DNA from: Macrostomum lignano
Taxonomy: Eukaryota
Length of the DNA: 44,294 nt
NCBI GenBank assembly: GCA_002269645.1
Contig: NIVC01002198.1
Coordinates: forward strand, 1 to 44,294
Direction of reading: 5' to 3'
A model generated the notes under the pieces. That model had not been told where the DNA came from and did no database searches. It saw only the letters and a program-made list of their open reading frames with translations. Each line of letters begins with the position of its first letter. The stretch's first letter is position 1. Below are positions 11,186 through 26,255 of this stretch, piece after piece. The translations under genes were made by a program, and so were the position numbers.

Positions 11186-14100
11186 GGATTAGAGACGAAT
11201 CTCATGATGGATGAGAAACGAATCTCAATGTTGGATGAGAGACGAATCTCAATGTTGGATTAGAGACGAATCTAATAATGGATTACAGACGAATCTCAAT
11301 GTTGGATGAGAGACGAATCTCAATGTTGGATGAGAGACGAAACTCAATGTTGGATGAGAGACGAATCTAATAATGGATTACAGACGAATCTCAATGTTGG
11401 ATTAAAGACGAATCTCATGATGGATGAGAAACGAATCTCAATGTTGGATGAGAGACGAATCTCAATGTTGGATGAGAGACGAATCTCAATGTTGGATGAG
11501 AGACGAATCTCAATGTTGGATGAGAGACGAATCTCAATGTTGGATGAGAGACGAATCTCAATGTTGGATGAGAGACGAATCTCAATGTTGGATGAGAGAC
11601 GAATCTCAATGTTGTATGAGAGACGAATCTCAATGTTGGATGAGAGACGAATCTCAATGTTGTATGAGAGACGAATCTCAATGTTGGATGAGAGACGAAT
11701 CTCAATGTTGGATGAGAGACGAATCTCAATGTTGGATGAGAGACGAATCTCAATGTTGGATGAGAGACGAATCTCAATGTTGGATGAGAGACGAATCTCA
11801 ATGTTGGATGAGAGACGAATCTCAATGTTGGATGAGAGACGAATCTCAATGTTGGATGAGAGACGAATCTCAATGTTGGAAGAGACGAATCTCAATGTTG
11901 GATGAGAGACGAATCTCAATGTTGGATGAGAGACGAATCTCAATGTTGGATTAGAGACGAATCTCAATGTTGGAAGAGACGAATCTCAATGTTGGATTAG
12001 AGACGAATCTCAATGTTGGAAAAGAGACGAATCTCAATGTTGGATTAGAGACGAATCTCAATGTTGGATGAGAGACGAATCTCAATGTTGGATGAGAGAC
12101 GAATCTCAATGTTGGATGAGAGACGAATCTCAATGTTGGATGAGAGACGAATCTCAATGTTGGATGAGAGACGAATCTCAATGTTGGATGAGAGACGAAT
12201 CTCAATGTTGGATGAGAGACGAATCTCAATGTTGGATGAGAGACGAATCTCAATGTTGGATGAGAGACGAATCTCAATGTTGGATGAGAGACGAATCTCA
12301 ATGTTGATGAGAGACGAATCTCAATGTTGTATGAGAGACGAATCTCAATGTTGATGAGAGACGAATCTCAATGTTGTATGAGAGACGAATCTCAATGTTG
12401 ATGAGAGACGAATCTCAATGTTGGATAGAGACGAATCTCAATGTTGGATGAGAGACGAATCTCAATGTTGGATGAGAGACGAATCTCAATGTTGGATGAG
12501 AGACGAATCTCAATGTTGGATGAGAGACGAATCTCAATGTTGGATGAGAGACGAATCTCAATGTTGGATGAGAGACGAATCTCAATGTTGGATGAGAGAC
12601 GAATCTCAATGTTGGATGAGAGACGAATCTCAATGTTGGATGAGAGACGAATCTCAATGTTGGATGAGAGACGAATCTCAATGTTGTATGAGAGACGAAT
12701 CTCAATGTTGGATGAGAGACGAATCTCAATGTTGGTATGAGAGACGAATCTCAATGTTGGATTAGAGACGAATCTCAATGTTGGATGAGAGACGAATCTC
12801 AATGTTGGATGAGAGACGAATCTCAATGTTGGATGAGAGACGAATCTCAATGTTGGATGAGAGACGAATCTCAATGTTGGATGAGAGACGAATCTCAATG
12901 TTGGATGAGAGACGAATCTCAATGTTGGATGAGAGACGAATCTCAATGTTGGATGAGAGACGAATCTCAATGTTGGATGAGAGACGAATCTCAATGTTGG
13001 ATGAGAGACGAATCTCAATGTTGGATTAGAGACGAATCTCAATGTTGGATGAGAGACGAATCTCAATGTTGGATTAGAGACGAATCTCAATGTTGGAAGA
13101 GACGAATCTCAATGTTGGATTAGAGACGAATCTCAATGTTGGATGAGAGACGAATCTCAATGTTGGATGAGAGACGAATCTCAATGTTGGATGAGAGACG
13201 AATCTCAATGTTGGATGAGAGACGAATCTCAATGTTGGATGAGAGACGAATCTCAATGTTGGATGAGAGACGAATCTCAATGTTGGATGAGAGACGAATC
13301 TCAATGTTGGATGAGAGACGAATCTCAATGTTGGAAAAGAGACGAATCTCAATGTTGGAAGAGACGAATCTCAATGTTGGAAAAGAGACGAATCTCAATG
13401 TTGGAAAAGAGACGAATCTCAATGTTGGATGAGAGACGAATCTCAATGTTGGATGAGAGACGAATCTCAATGTTGGATGAGAGACGAATCTCAATGTTGG
13501 AAAAGAGACGAATCTCAATGTTGGATGAGAGACGAATCTCAATGTTGGAAAAGAGACGAATCTCAATGTTGGATGAGAGACGAATCTCAATGTTGGAAAA
13601 GAGACGAATCTCAATGTTGGATGAGAGACGAATCTCAATGTTGGATGAGAGACGAATCTCAATGTTGGATGAGAGACGAATCTCAATGTTGGAAAAGAGA
13701 CGAATCTCAATGTTGGATGAGAGACGAATCTCAATGTTGGATGAGAGACGAATCTCAATGTTGTATGAGAGACGAATCTCAATGTTGGATGAGAGACGAA
13801 TCTCAATGTTGTATGAGAGACGAATCTCAATGTTGGATGAGACGAATCTCAATGTTGGATGAGAGACGAATCTCAATGTTGGATGAGAGACGAATCTCAA
13901 TGTTGGATGAGAGACGAATCTCAATGTTGGATAGAGACGAATCTCAATGTTGGATGAGAGACGAATCTCAATGTTGGATGAGAGACGAATCTCAATGTTG
14001 GATGAGAGACGAATCTCAATGTTGGATGAGAGACGAATCTCAATGTTGGAAAAGAGACGAATCTCAATGTTGGATGAGAGACGAATCTCAATGTTGGAAA

Positions 14101-17100
14101 AGAGACGAATCTCAATGTTGGATGAGAGACGAATCTCAATGTTGGAAAAGAGACGAATCTCAATGTTGGAAAAAAGACGAATCTCAATGTTGGAAAAGAG
14201 ACGAATCTCAATGTTGGATTAGAGACGAATCTCAATGTTGGATGAGAGACGAATCTCAATGTTGGATGAGAGACGAATCTCAATGTTGTATGAGAGACGA
14301 ATCTCAATGTTGGATGAGAGACGAATCTCAATGTTGTATGAGAGACGAATCTCAATGTTGGATTGAGAGACGAATCTCAATGTTGGAAAAGAGACGAATC
14401 TCAATGTTGGATGAGAGACGAATCTCAATGTTGGATGAGAGACGAATCTCAATGTTGGATTAGAGACGAATCTCAATGTTGGAAAAGAGACGAATCTCAA
14501 TGTTGGATGAGAGACGAATCTCAATGTTGTATGAGAGACGAATCTCAATGTTGGAAGAGACGAATCTCAATGTTGGATTAGAGACGAATCTCAATGTTGG
14601 TATGAGAGACGAATCTCAATGTTGGATTAGAGACGAATCTCAATGTTGGAAAAGAGACGAATCTCAATGTTGGATGAGAGACGAATCTCAATGTTGGATG
14701 AGAGACGAATCTCAATGTTGTATGAGAGACGAATCTCAATGTTGGATGAGAGACGAATCTCAATGTTGGATTGAGAGACGAATCTCAATGTTGGATGAGA
14801 GACGAATCTCAATGTTGGATGAGAGACGAATCTCAATGTTGGAAGAGACGAATCTCAATGTTGGATGAGAGACGAATCTTAATGTTGGAAAAGAGACGAA
14901 TCTCAATGTTGGAAAAAAGACGAATCTCAATGTTGGATGAAAGACGAATCTCAATGTTGGAAAAGAGACGAATCTCAATGTTGGATGAGAGACGAATCTC
15001 AATGTTGGATGAGAGACGAATCTCAATGTTGGATGAGAGACGAATCTCAATGTTGGAAAAGAGACGAATCTCAATGTTGTATGAGAGACGAATCTCAATG
15101 TTGGAAAAAAGACGAATCTCAATGTTGGATGAGAGACGAATCTCAATGTTGGATGAGAGACGAATCTCAATGTTGGAAAAGAGACGAATCTCAATGTTGA
15201 TGAGAGACGAATCTCAATGTTGGAAAGAGACGAATCTCAATGTTGGAAAAAAGACGAATCTCAATGTTGGAAAAGAGACGAATCTCAATGTTTGATGAGA
15301 GACGAATCTCAATGTTGGAAAAGAGACGAATCTCAATGTTGGAAAAAAGACGAATCTCAATGTTGGAAAAGAGACGAATCTCAATGTTGGATTAGAGACG
15401 AATCTCAATGTTGGATGAGAGACGAATCTCAATGTTGTATGAGAGACGAATCTCAATGTTGTATGAGAGACGAATCTCAATGTTGGATGAGAGACGAATC
15501 TCAATGTTGTATGAGAGACGAATCTCAATGTTGGATTAGAGACGAATCTCAATGTTGGAAAAGAGACGAATCTCAATGTTGGATGAGAGACGAATCTCAA
15601 TATTGGATGAGAGACGAATCTCAATGTTGGATTAGAGACGAATCTCAATGTTGGAAAAGAGACGAATCTCAATGTTGGATGAGAGACGAATCTCAATGTT
15701 GTATGAGAGACAAATCTCAATGTTGGAAAAGAGACGAATCTCAATGTTGGATTAGAGACGAATCTCAATGTTGTATGAGAGACGAATCTCAATGTTGGAT
15801 TAGAGACGAATCTCAATGTTGGAAAAGAGACGAATCTCAATGTTGGATGAGAGACGAATCTCAATGTTGGATGAGAGACGAATCTCAATGTTGTATGAGA
15901 GACGAATCTCAATGTTGGATGAGAGACGAATCTCAATGTTGGATTAGAGACGAATCTCAATGTTGGATGAGAGACGAATCTCAATGTTGGATGAGAGACG
16001 AATCTCAATGTTGGAAAAGAGACGAATCTCAATGTTGTATGAGAGACGAATCTTAATGTTGGAAAAGAGACGAATCTCAATGTTGGAAAAAAGACGAATC
16101 TCAATGTTGGATGAAAGACGAATCTCAATGTTGGAAAAGAGACGAATCTCAATGTTGGATGAGAGACGAATCTCAATGTTGGATGAGAGACGAATCTCAA
16201 TGTTGGATGAGAGACGAATCTCAATGTTGGAAAAGAGACGAATCTCAATGTTGTATGAGAGACGAATCTCAATGTTGGAAAAAAGACGAATCTCAATGTT
16301 GGATGAAAGACGAATCTCAATGTTGGAAAAGAGACGAATCTCAATGTTGGATGAGAGACGAATCTCAATGTTGGATGAGAGACGAATCTCAATGTTGGAT
16401 GAGAGACGAATCTCAATGTTGGAAAAGAGACGAATCTCAATGTTGTATGAGAGACGAATCTCAATGTTGGATGAGAGACGAATCTCAATGTTGTATGAGA
16501 GACGAATCTCAATTTTGGATGAGATACGAATCTCAATGTTGTATGAGAGACGAATCTCAATGTTTGATGAGAGACGAATCTCAATGTTGGATTAGAGACG
16601 AATCTCAATGTTGGATTAGAGACGAATCTCAATGTTGTATGAGAGACGAATCTCAATGTTGGATGAGAGACGAATCTAATAATGGATTACAGACGAATCT
16701 CAATGTTGGATGAGAGACGAATCTCAATGTTGGATGAGAGACGAATCTCAATGTTGGATGAGAGACGAATCTCAATGTTGGATTAGAGACGAATCTCAAT
16801 GTTGGATGAGAGACGAATCTCAATGTTGTATGAGAGACGAATCTCAATGTTGTATGAGAGACGAATCTCAATGTTGGATGAGAGACGAATCTCAATGTTG
16901 TATGAGAGACGAATCTCAATGTTGTATGAGAGACGAATCTCAATGTTGTATGAGAGACGAATCTCAATTTTGGATGAGATACGAATCTCAATGTTGTATG
17001 AGAGACGAATCTCAATGTTGGATGAAAGACGAATCTCAATTTTGGATGAGAGACGAATCTCAATGTTGGATGAGAGACGAATCTCAATGTTGGATGAGAG

Positions 17101-20100
17101 ACGAATCTCAATGTTGGATGAGAGACGAATCTCAATGTTGGAAAAGAGACGAATCTCAATGTTTGATGAGAGACGAATCTCAATGTTGGAAAAGAGACGA
17201 ATCTCAATGTTGGAAAAAAGACGAATCTCAATGTTGGAAAAGAGACGAATCTCAATGTTGGAAAAGAGACGAATCTCAATGTTGGATGAGAGACGAATCT
17301 CAATGTTGGATTAGAGACGAATCTCAATGTTGGAAAAGAGACGAATCTCAATGTTGGATGAGAGACGAATCTCAATGTTGTATGAGAGACGAATCTCAAT
17401 GTTGGAAAAGAGACGAATCTCAATGTTGGATTAGAGACGAATCTCAATGTTGGATGAGAGACGAATCTCAATGTTGTATGAGAGACGAATCTCAATGTTG
17501 TATGAGAGACGAATCTCAATGTTGTATGAGAGACGAATCTCAATTTTGGATGAGATACGAATCTCAATGTTGTATGAGAGACTAATCTCAATGTTGGATG
17601 AAAGACGAATCTCAATTTTGGATGAGAGACGAATCTCAATGTTGGATGAGAGACGAATCTCAATGTTGGATGAGAGACGAATCTCAATTTTGGATGAGAG
17701 ACGAATCTCAATGTTGTATGAGAGACGAATCTCAATGTTGGATTAGAGACGAATCTCAATGTTGTATGAGAGACGAATCTCAATGTTGTATGAGAGACGA
17801 ATCTCAATGTTGGATGAGAGACGAATCTCAATGTTGTATGAGAGACGAATCTCAATTTTGGATGAGATACGAATCTCAATGTTGGATTAGAGACGAATCT
17901 CAATGTTGGATGAAAGACGAATCTCAATGTTGTATGAGAGACGAATCTCAATGTTGGATGAAATACGAATCTCAATTTTGGATGAGATACGAATCTCAAT
18001 GTTGGATTAGAGACGAATCTCAATGTTGGATGAGAGACGAATCTCAATGTTGTATGAGAGACGAATCTCAATGTTGGATGAAAGACGAATCTCAATGTTG
18101 TATGAGAGACGAATCTCAATTTTGGATGAGAGACGAATCTCAATGTTGTATGAGAGACGAATCTCAATGTTGGATGAGAGACGAATCTTAATGTTGGATG
18201 AGAGACGAATCTCAATGTTGTATGAGAGACGAATCTCTATGTTGGATGAGAGACGAATCTCAATGTTGTATGAGAGACGAATCTCAATGTTGGATGAGAG
18301 ACGAATCTCAATGTTGTATGAGAGACGAATCTCAATGTTGGATGAGAGACGAATCTCAATGTTGGATGAGAGACGAATCCCAATGTTGTATGAGAGACGA
18401 ATCTCAATGTTGTATGAGAGACGAATCTCAATGTTGTATGAGAGACGAATCTCAATTTTGGATGAGATACGAATCTCAATGTTGTATGAGAGACGAATCT
18501 CAATGTTGGATGAGAGACGAATCTCAATTTTGGATGAGAGACGAATCTCAATGTTGGATGAGAGACGAATCTCAATGTTGTATGAGAGACGAATCTCAAT
18601 GTTGGATTAGAGACGAATCTCAATGTTGGATGAGAGACGAATCTCAATGTTGGATGAGAGACGAATCTCAATGTTGGAAAAGAGACGAATCTCAATGTTT
18701 GATGAGAGACGAATCTCAATGTTGGAAAAGAGACGAATCTCAATGTTGGAAAAAAGACGAATCTCAATGTTGGAAAAGAGACGAATCTCAATGTTGGAAA
18801 AGAGACGAATCTCAATGTTGGATGAGAGACGAATCTCAATGTTGGATGAGAGACGAATCTCAATGTTGGATGAGAGACGAATCTCAATGTTGGATTAGAG
18901 ACGAATCTCAATGTTGGATGAGAGACGAATCTCAATGTTGTATGAGAGACGAATCTCAATGTTGTATGAGAGACGAATCTCAATGTTGGATGAGAGACGA
19001 ATCTCAATGTTGTATGAGAGACGAATCTCAATGTTGTATGAGAGACGAATCTCAATGTTGTATGAGAGACGAATCTCAATTTTGGATGAGATACGAATCT
19101 CAATGTTGTATGAGAGACTAATCTCAATGTTGGATGAAAGACGAATCTCAATTTTGGATGAGAGACGAATCTCAATGTTGGATGAGAGACGAATCTCAAT
19201 GTTGTATGAGAGACGAATCTCAATTTTGGATGAGAGACGAATCTCAATGTTGGAAAAGAGACGAATCTCAATGTTGGATGAGAGACGAATCTCAATGTTG
19301 TATGAGAGACGAATCTCAATGTTGTATGAGAGACGAATCTCAATGTTGTATGAGAGACGAATCTCAATGTTGTATGAGAGACGAATCTCAATGTTGGATG
19401 AGAGACGAATCTCAATGTTGTATGAGAGACGAATCTCAATTTGGATGAGATACGAATCTCAATGTTGGATTAGAGACGAATCTCAATGTTGGATGAAAGA
19501 CGAATCTCAATGTTGTATGAGAGACGAATCTCAATGTTGGATGAAAGACGAATCTCAATTTTGGATGAGATACGAATCTCAATGTTGGATTAGAGACGAA
19601 TCTCAATGTTGGATGAGAGACGAATCTCAATGTTGTATGAGAGACGAATCTCAATGTTGGATGAAAGACGAATCTCAATGTTGTATGAGAGACGAATCTC
19701 AATTTTGGATGAGAGACGAATCTCAATGTTGTATGAGAGACGAATCTCAATGTTGGATGAGAGACGAATCTCAATGTTGGATGAGAGACGAATCTCAATG
19801 TTGGATGAGAGACGAATCTCTATGTTGGATGAGAGACGAATCTCTATGTTGTATGAGAGACGAATCTCAATGTTGGATGAGAGACGAATCTCAACGTTGG
19901 ATTACAGACGAATCTCAATGTTGGATGAGAGACGAATCTCAATGTTGTATGAGAGACGAATCTCAATGTTGGATGAGAGACGAATCTCAATGTTGGATGA
20001 GAGACGAATCCCAATGTTGGATGAGAGACGAATCTCAATGTTGTATGAGAGACGAATCTCAATGTTGGAAAAGAGACGAATCTCAATGTTGGATTAGAGA

Positions 20101-20691
20101 CGAATCTCAATGTTGGATGAGAGACGAATCTCAATGTTGGATGAGAGACGAATCTCAATGTTGGATGAGAGACGAATCTTAATGTTGGATGAGAGACGAA
20201 TCTCAATGTTGGATGAGAGACGAATCTCTATGTTGGATGAGAGACGAATCTCAACGTTGGATTACAGACGAATCTCAATGTTGGATGAGAGACGAATCTC
20301 AATGTTGGATGAGAGACGAATCTCAACGTTGGATTACAGACGAATCTCAATGTTGGATGAGAGACGAATCTCAATGTTGGATGAGAGACGAATCTCAATG
20401 TTGGATGAGCGACGAATCTCAATGTTGGATGAGAGACGAATCCCAATGTTGGATGAGAGACGAATCTCAATGTTGGATGAGAGACGAATCTCAATGTTGG
20501 AAAAGAGACGAATCTCAATGTTGGATTAGAGACGAATCTCAATGTTGGATGAGAGACGAATCTCAATGTTGGATGAGAGACGAATCTCAATGTTGGATGA
20601 GAGACGAATCTTAATGTTGGATGAGAGACGAATCTCAATGTTGGATGAGAGACGAATCTCAATGTTGGATGAGAGACGAATCTCAACGTTG
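11186..20691. repeat. 9.5-kb satellite array, 24-bp monomer GATGAGAGACGAATCTCAATGTTG, about 395 copies
   Basis: Continuous head-to-tail monomers with recurring variants (GTATGAGA, GGAAAAGA, GGATTAGA, AATTTT, and 23/25-bp indel units). Explains every MRDESQCW, MLDERRIS, FVSHPTLR and SSNIEIRL ORF. Confidence 0.99.
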
Positions 20692-21478
20692 TCCAATAGG
20701 AGAAATACACAGCATGGTGACTCGCTGCAGAAATGCGAAATTCATGCATTGTTTATTTATACTGAGCCCATCCACGAATTACAGGGGGCAACGACCCCCA
20801 ACCCAACGAATTATAGAGGATGGCAATGACTAACAGGTAGAATATTTTTATAGATAGAAAAACGAAGCCCACACACACATTAAAAAAGGCGAGCTCGGGG
20901 GCGTCAGGCTCCGCCTGGCTGAACAATCTAATCATCCATGCATCAGTCCCAACCCCCACCAGCTGGTCATCAAAAATTTAATCAGACCTGTTTAATAATC
21001 ATGTAGCCGTGGATGAAGCGTGTCTTTTATCGCGTTAAAAAAGTATACACACAGTAGCAGCAGCAGCATTTTCAGAAGACAAATTATCATTACTTTCCTA
21101 CTTTCGTCTCTCTTGTCCCTTCCTGCTCTATCCCAACCAACCCCTCGCCTCGTGCAGCCCAAAATCTCTACAGCCAACCTGCAGCTGCGTCACCCTCAAC
21201 CCCCATCCCCTCCCTGGCTTTGACTGCCACGGATGGCCAGAGATAATCTGGCGCAGTCAGGAAATAATTAAGAGAGTCAAGCAAGCGCAGATGCTGCGAG
21301 TAGACTAAGGAGAAACAGAGCGGACAGGGAGACAGAAAAAGAGAAGACGGACACGTAGCGGGGGTGGCGGGTGGAGTCGCCAGCGAAGATGGAGCGACTG
21401 ATGAAATATCAGGGCATGAAAAATTGATAATAACAGGGCTTGAAGCCAGATGGGCACAGTTGGTCCGGCATGCTGGGC

Positions 21479-22140
<662 letters not shown>

Positions 22141-24071
22141 CAGAGAGTGAATCCCCCCCCCCGAATCTCCGCCCGGATTCTCCACCCTATAGTCCTCACC
22201 ACCCTCATAAATATCCGCCCCACTCAAATATCCGCCCCCATCTGTCATCCCCTTAGTCTCCGCCCCAAGCAGCCCCAGCAGCCCTCCGCCAGCATGCAGA
22301 TGTACTTGAAACAATAAAAAATGGACTGCTTATTGACCGCATCGATGTCAAAGCTCTGAGACCATTCAACCAACGCGACCGGTCGTGAATTCGCTGAGTG
22401 CTGGGAATTCCTATTGGGAATTCTGATTGGGGATTTCATGTAGCTCGATATTCGTGTTTTGGAATTTAGGGCTAATTCATCACATACAGTCTCTTTTAGG
22501 GACAATACGAGTACTTTACGAGCGTAAGTTGAGTTTTCAATTGAATAGTCCCTTCATTAAAATCAGTGCGCATGCAAATTCAACGAAAATAAATAATTTA
22601 ATATTCTAAATAAAACCTTACATACACATATTATACTACTGCTGGCTAAGGGTTGTTGAGCAGTAGGCTAGCAAGAACTCACCAGCCAGTGTCTAAACAA
22701 TCAACATATTTAAATCTACACCAGATCTAGTCTATCTTCCATATCTAAATCTACGTACTTAATTCTTCCTACTTTTTCATTTTAAGTCTATCGTCCTTGG
22801 CCTATTTTAGAGCTAAACACCTTTATTAACCTCCCGTGGAGAATGCGTGACACACCTGAAGCAGTGGGGGATTAATGGTTTAATTTCTCACCCCACCACC
22901 CTTGGCTTTGGGAGTCACTCCCTATAGGCAGCCTCAATGAAGGACCCATTGGTCCATGGCGGAGTCTGGGTAAATAAATTAGAGAGTGGTTGGGAGCCTC
23001 TGGCTCTTGCCAGGGCTTGTGCCTCATGGCAACAAGTCACTGAGCAAGAACATGTGCTGAGGTCGCGCAAGTCACCCTCAAGTAAGGGTGACGCTGCGTT
23101 GTTAGGTCTGGCTTCGTGACTTCCCTGTTAGCTGGGATGGTGACTTAGTGTTGCCTTATTGTCTGATTGTCTTAGTGTCATGTCTTAGTGCCTTGGTGCC
23201 TTAGTACCTGTCTGTTGATTGCTGTTTGTCAAAAAGCTAAGCAAGATTCTGGGCCATACTTTCCTACCCTGATCTTCTTCACATAACACCAAAGCTCTGC
23301 AATCCCTTTCTGCACCACCGGAATGTTTGCTGTTGAGTTGCCGGTAGCAACTGAAACAATGGCTTACAATCGGTGTGGAACAGACTGAGGGCTACAGGTA
23401 AGGCTCAGCTGCTTCTCATTGAAAGAAGAAGCTTCTCAAAAGCTTAGCAGGTAGGGCTAAAAAAATCGATCAGTGCTACAGCCTTCCAGTTGTACACCGT
23501 GGAGATGGAGAAAAACTGTGGGCGTCAGAGCTGCTCAGGTCCACTCTCTGGGATCGATCGAGCGTATCCAACGCAGTTATGACCTGCTGCTGCTCAGCTC
23601 CAATATCGACCATTTTTCTGGCTTAAAAGTTAAATAGCCCATGCAGTTATGAAGACTGCAAGAGCTGCTGAATCAGCAAGTCTGTCTACGAGGTCTACTT
23701 TCTAAGCATTGTGAGTTGAATTTTAATTTTTGCCTTGGACAACTAAAATATAAGGACTCTACCATCCAAAATTGCGCAAATATGGTATTGCCTTTTTTTC
23801 ACCCCAATCTCGCCTTGTACAAGAAGTAGATATGTATCTTCTGTCCAAGGCAATAATGTCTTCTTTAACCATCGAAGCCTATGAAATGCGACGAAGCATC
23901 GTCGACACTGAGGCGAGACGTTCCCCAACTTATAAGTGTGAAAAACTGAAAGTTATTTTCTTGCTATAATGACCCTGGAGCAACAAAATCCGAACCACTA
24001 GCAAGATAGGCTTGCGATTGGCAAGTGTTTGTGTCCTTCTACTTCAGTCATCCGTGATGTCTACGTCAGGG

Positions 24072-24290
24072 GGGGGGGTTGTAGCCTAGTTGATAGACAG
24101 TCGGCGGTTCGATTCTCGACCCACTCGGAACAATTTGTGTCCTTGAGAAAGACACCCAGCTGGGGTAACTTAGGGTGTGTGGTGACCCCCCCTACCAAGT
24201 CCTTGGACTGAAAAGCCGTACGCAGCCCTCAGATGCGCCGCGCAATAGCTGCGGCTGAGCTGTCGGTTGCACATCTGATGCATTAATTAT
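24072..24290 (+). mobile_element. tRNA-headed SINE-like element with a CORE-like segment
   Basis: A-box-like TAGCCTAGTTG (24082), B-box GGTTCGATTC (24106), then TGTGTCCTTGAGAAAGACAC (24136-24155), resembling the CORE-SINE motif TGTGTCCTTGRGCAAGACAC (recalled, not searched). 3' end uncertain. Confidence 0.5.
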
Positions 24291-24357
24291 GATGTCTACA
24301 CTATCAAGCACTTTCAATCAAAGGATCCGTGCATATTTTTCAGCTCAGCCCATAAGC

Positions 24358-24807
24358 ATGCAGTCCCAAGCTGTGCACCCAGTGACGGCCCAGCCGCAGT
24401 CGCAGCAGGTTCCATCTTACCCGATGCACGCCCCTGGCGCGGTGGTCACTGGACAACCGGCGCTGGCGCATCCGCCTCAGCAGCGCGAATGGAACTCCGG
24501 AATCATGGCCTGCTGCGAGGACGTGAGCGGCTGCTGCCTGACCTTCTTCTGCGGCCCGTACGAGCTCTGCTGCGGTCTGTCGCAGCGAATGGGCGAAAGC
24601 TGCTGCACCCCGATCTGTCTCGGCTGCGTTGGCAGCTCCGCGACCCTCATAACTTACCGGGTGAAACTGAGGGCCAGGTACAACATTAAAGGCAGCATTC
24701 TGAATGATTGTTGCACTACGATCTGCTGCGCGAGCTGCGTACAGTGCCAGCTAAAGAGGGAGCTCGACTACGTTGAGAACAGCCTGGGTCTCCGGCCAGC
24801 CTTCTGA
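24358..24807 (+). CDS. PLAC8/CNFN-like: PLAC8/cornifelin-family Cys-rich protein, about 149 aa, intronless CDS
   Basis: QQREWNSGIMACCEDVSGCCLTFFCGPYELCC...MGESCC...YRVKLRARYNIKGSILNDCCTTICCASCVQCQLKRELD fits the PLAC8 pattern WxxGLxxCxxD..C..C.C...R..IR..Y.I.GS...DC....CC..C..CQ..REL. ATG 24358 is preferred because a TTTTTCAG acceptor lies at 24343; the ORF is open from 24289. Confidence 0.93.
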   Translation: MQSQAVHPVTAQPQSQQVPSYPMHAPGAVVTGQPALAHPPQQREWNSGIMACCEDVSGCCLTFFCGPYELCCGLSQRMGESCCTPICLGCVGSSATLITYRVKLRARYNIKGSILNDCCTTICCASCVQCQLKRELDYVENSLGLRPAF

Positions 24808-25214
24808 CTTGCCCACTTGATGGGTCGATTTTATTGGACGAATTCTATGAGACTTGTGATTCAAATAACTTTAATTTTTCTCTTTTTAGATTTCTAATCC
24901 CGAAAGCTATCATATTTACTGAATCTATATTTTTCTGAAGTGCCTCTGGTGTTAAAGCTTTATTTCACCTTCTGTGATATTTTCTCGACCTACTTGGCAC
25001 AACTTTACAAATTCGAATACAATCCGCTTCTGATCAATTCTTCAAAAACAAAAAATGGTTCTTCGTGAGCATCGAGACAAATAAACTGTTTTTTTACTGT
25101 CAATTTGTTTCGCTACATCTTAATATGCATGCACAATCTTGCGAACATATCTTCGTGCCGGTGCAGCGCAATTGCAAAATCGTAGGCCTGCTCTGTAGGG
25201 CTGAAAGAACTATT

Positions 25215-26089
<875 letters not shown>

Positions 26090-26255
26090 CTTATTTATCA
26101 CATAAAAAAGAAAAAAACACACAAAGTATTTCATTATCTGTTTTACTCTAAGTCTCGATAACATTTTTCGTGTCTGCAGTGTAAATCGAACTCAATAATG
26201 GTGCAACAATTTGAATGCTGCGTGATGGAAATTTCTATAAGCCGAACTGCGCACT

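Noticed and set aside
11186-20691. Long ORFs (up to 520 aa) of MRDESQCW, MLDERRIS, FVSHPTLR and SSNIEIRL repeats
   Set aside because: A by-product of a 24-bp (multiple of 3) monomer lacking stops in four frames. Frames shift at indel monomers, and there are no unique coding flanks or splice context.
11186-20691. CRISPR-like array (short partly palindromic repeat GAGA-CGAA-TCTC)
   Set aside because: Units are head-to-tail with no unique spacers, no cas genes are present, and the context is eukaryotic with spliced genes.
24072-24130. Functional tRNA gene (also 35281-35330)
   Set aside because: A-B box spacing is too short for a cloverleaf, there is no anticodon arm, and the sequence is followed by SINE-like bodies.
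24289-24357. Longer N-terminus for the PLAC8-like ORF (MMSTLSS...)
   Set aside because: It spans a strong TTTTTCAG acceptor at 24343; ATG 24358 is more plausible. Not excluded without cDNA.
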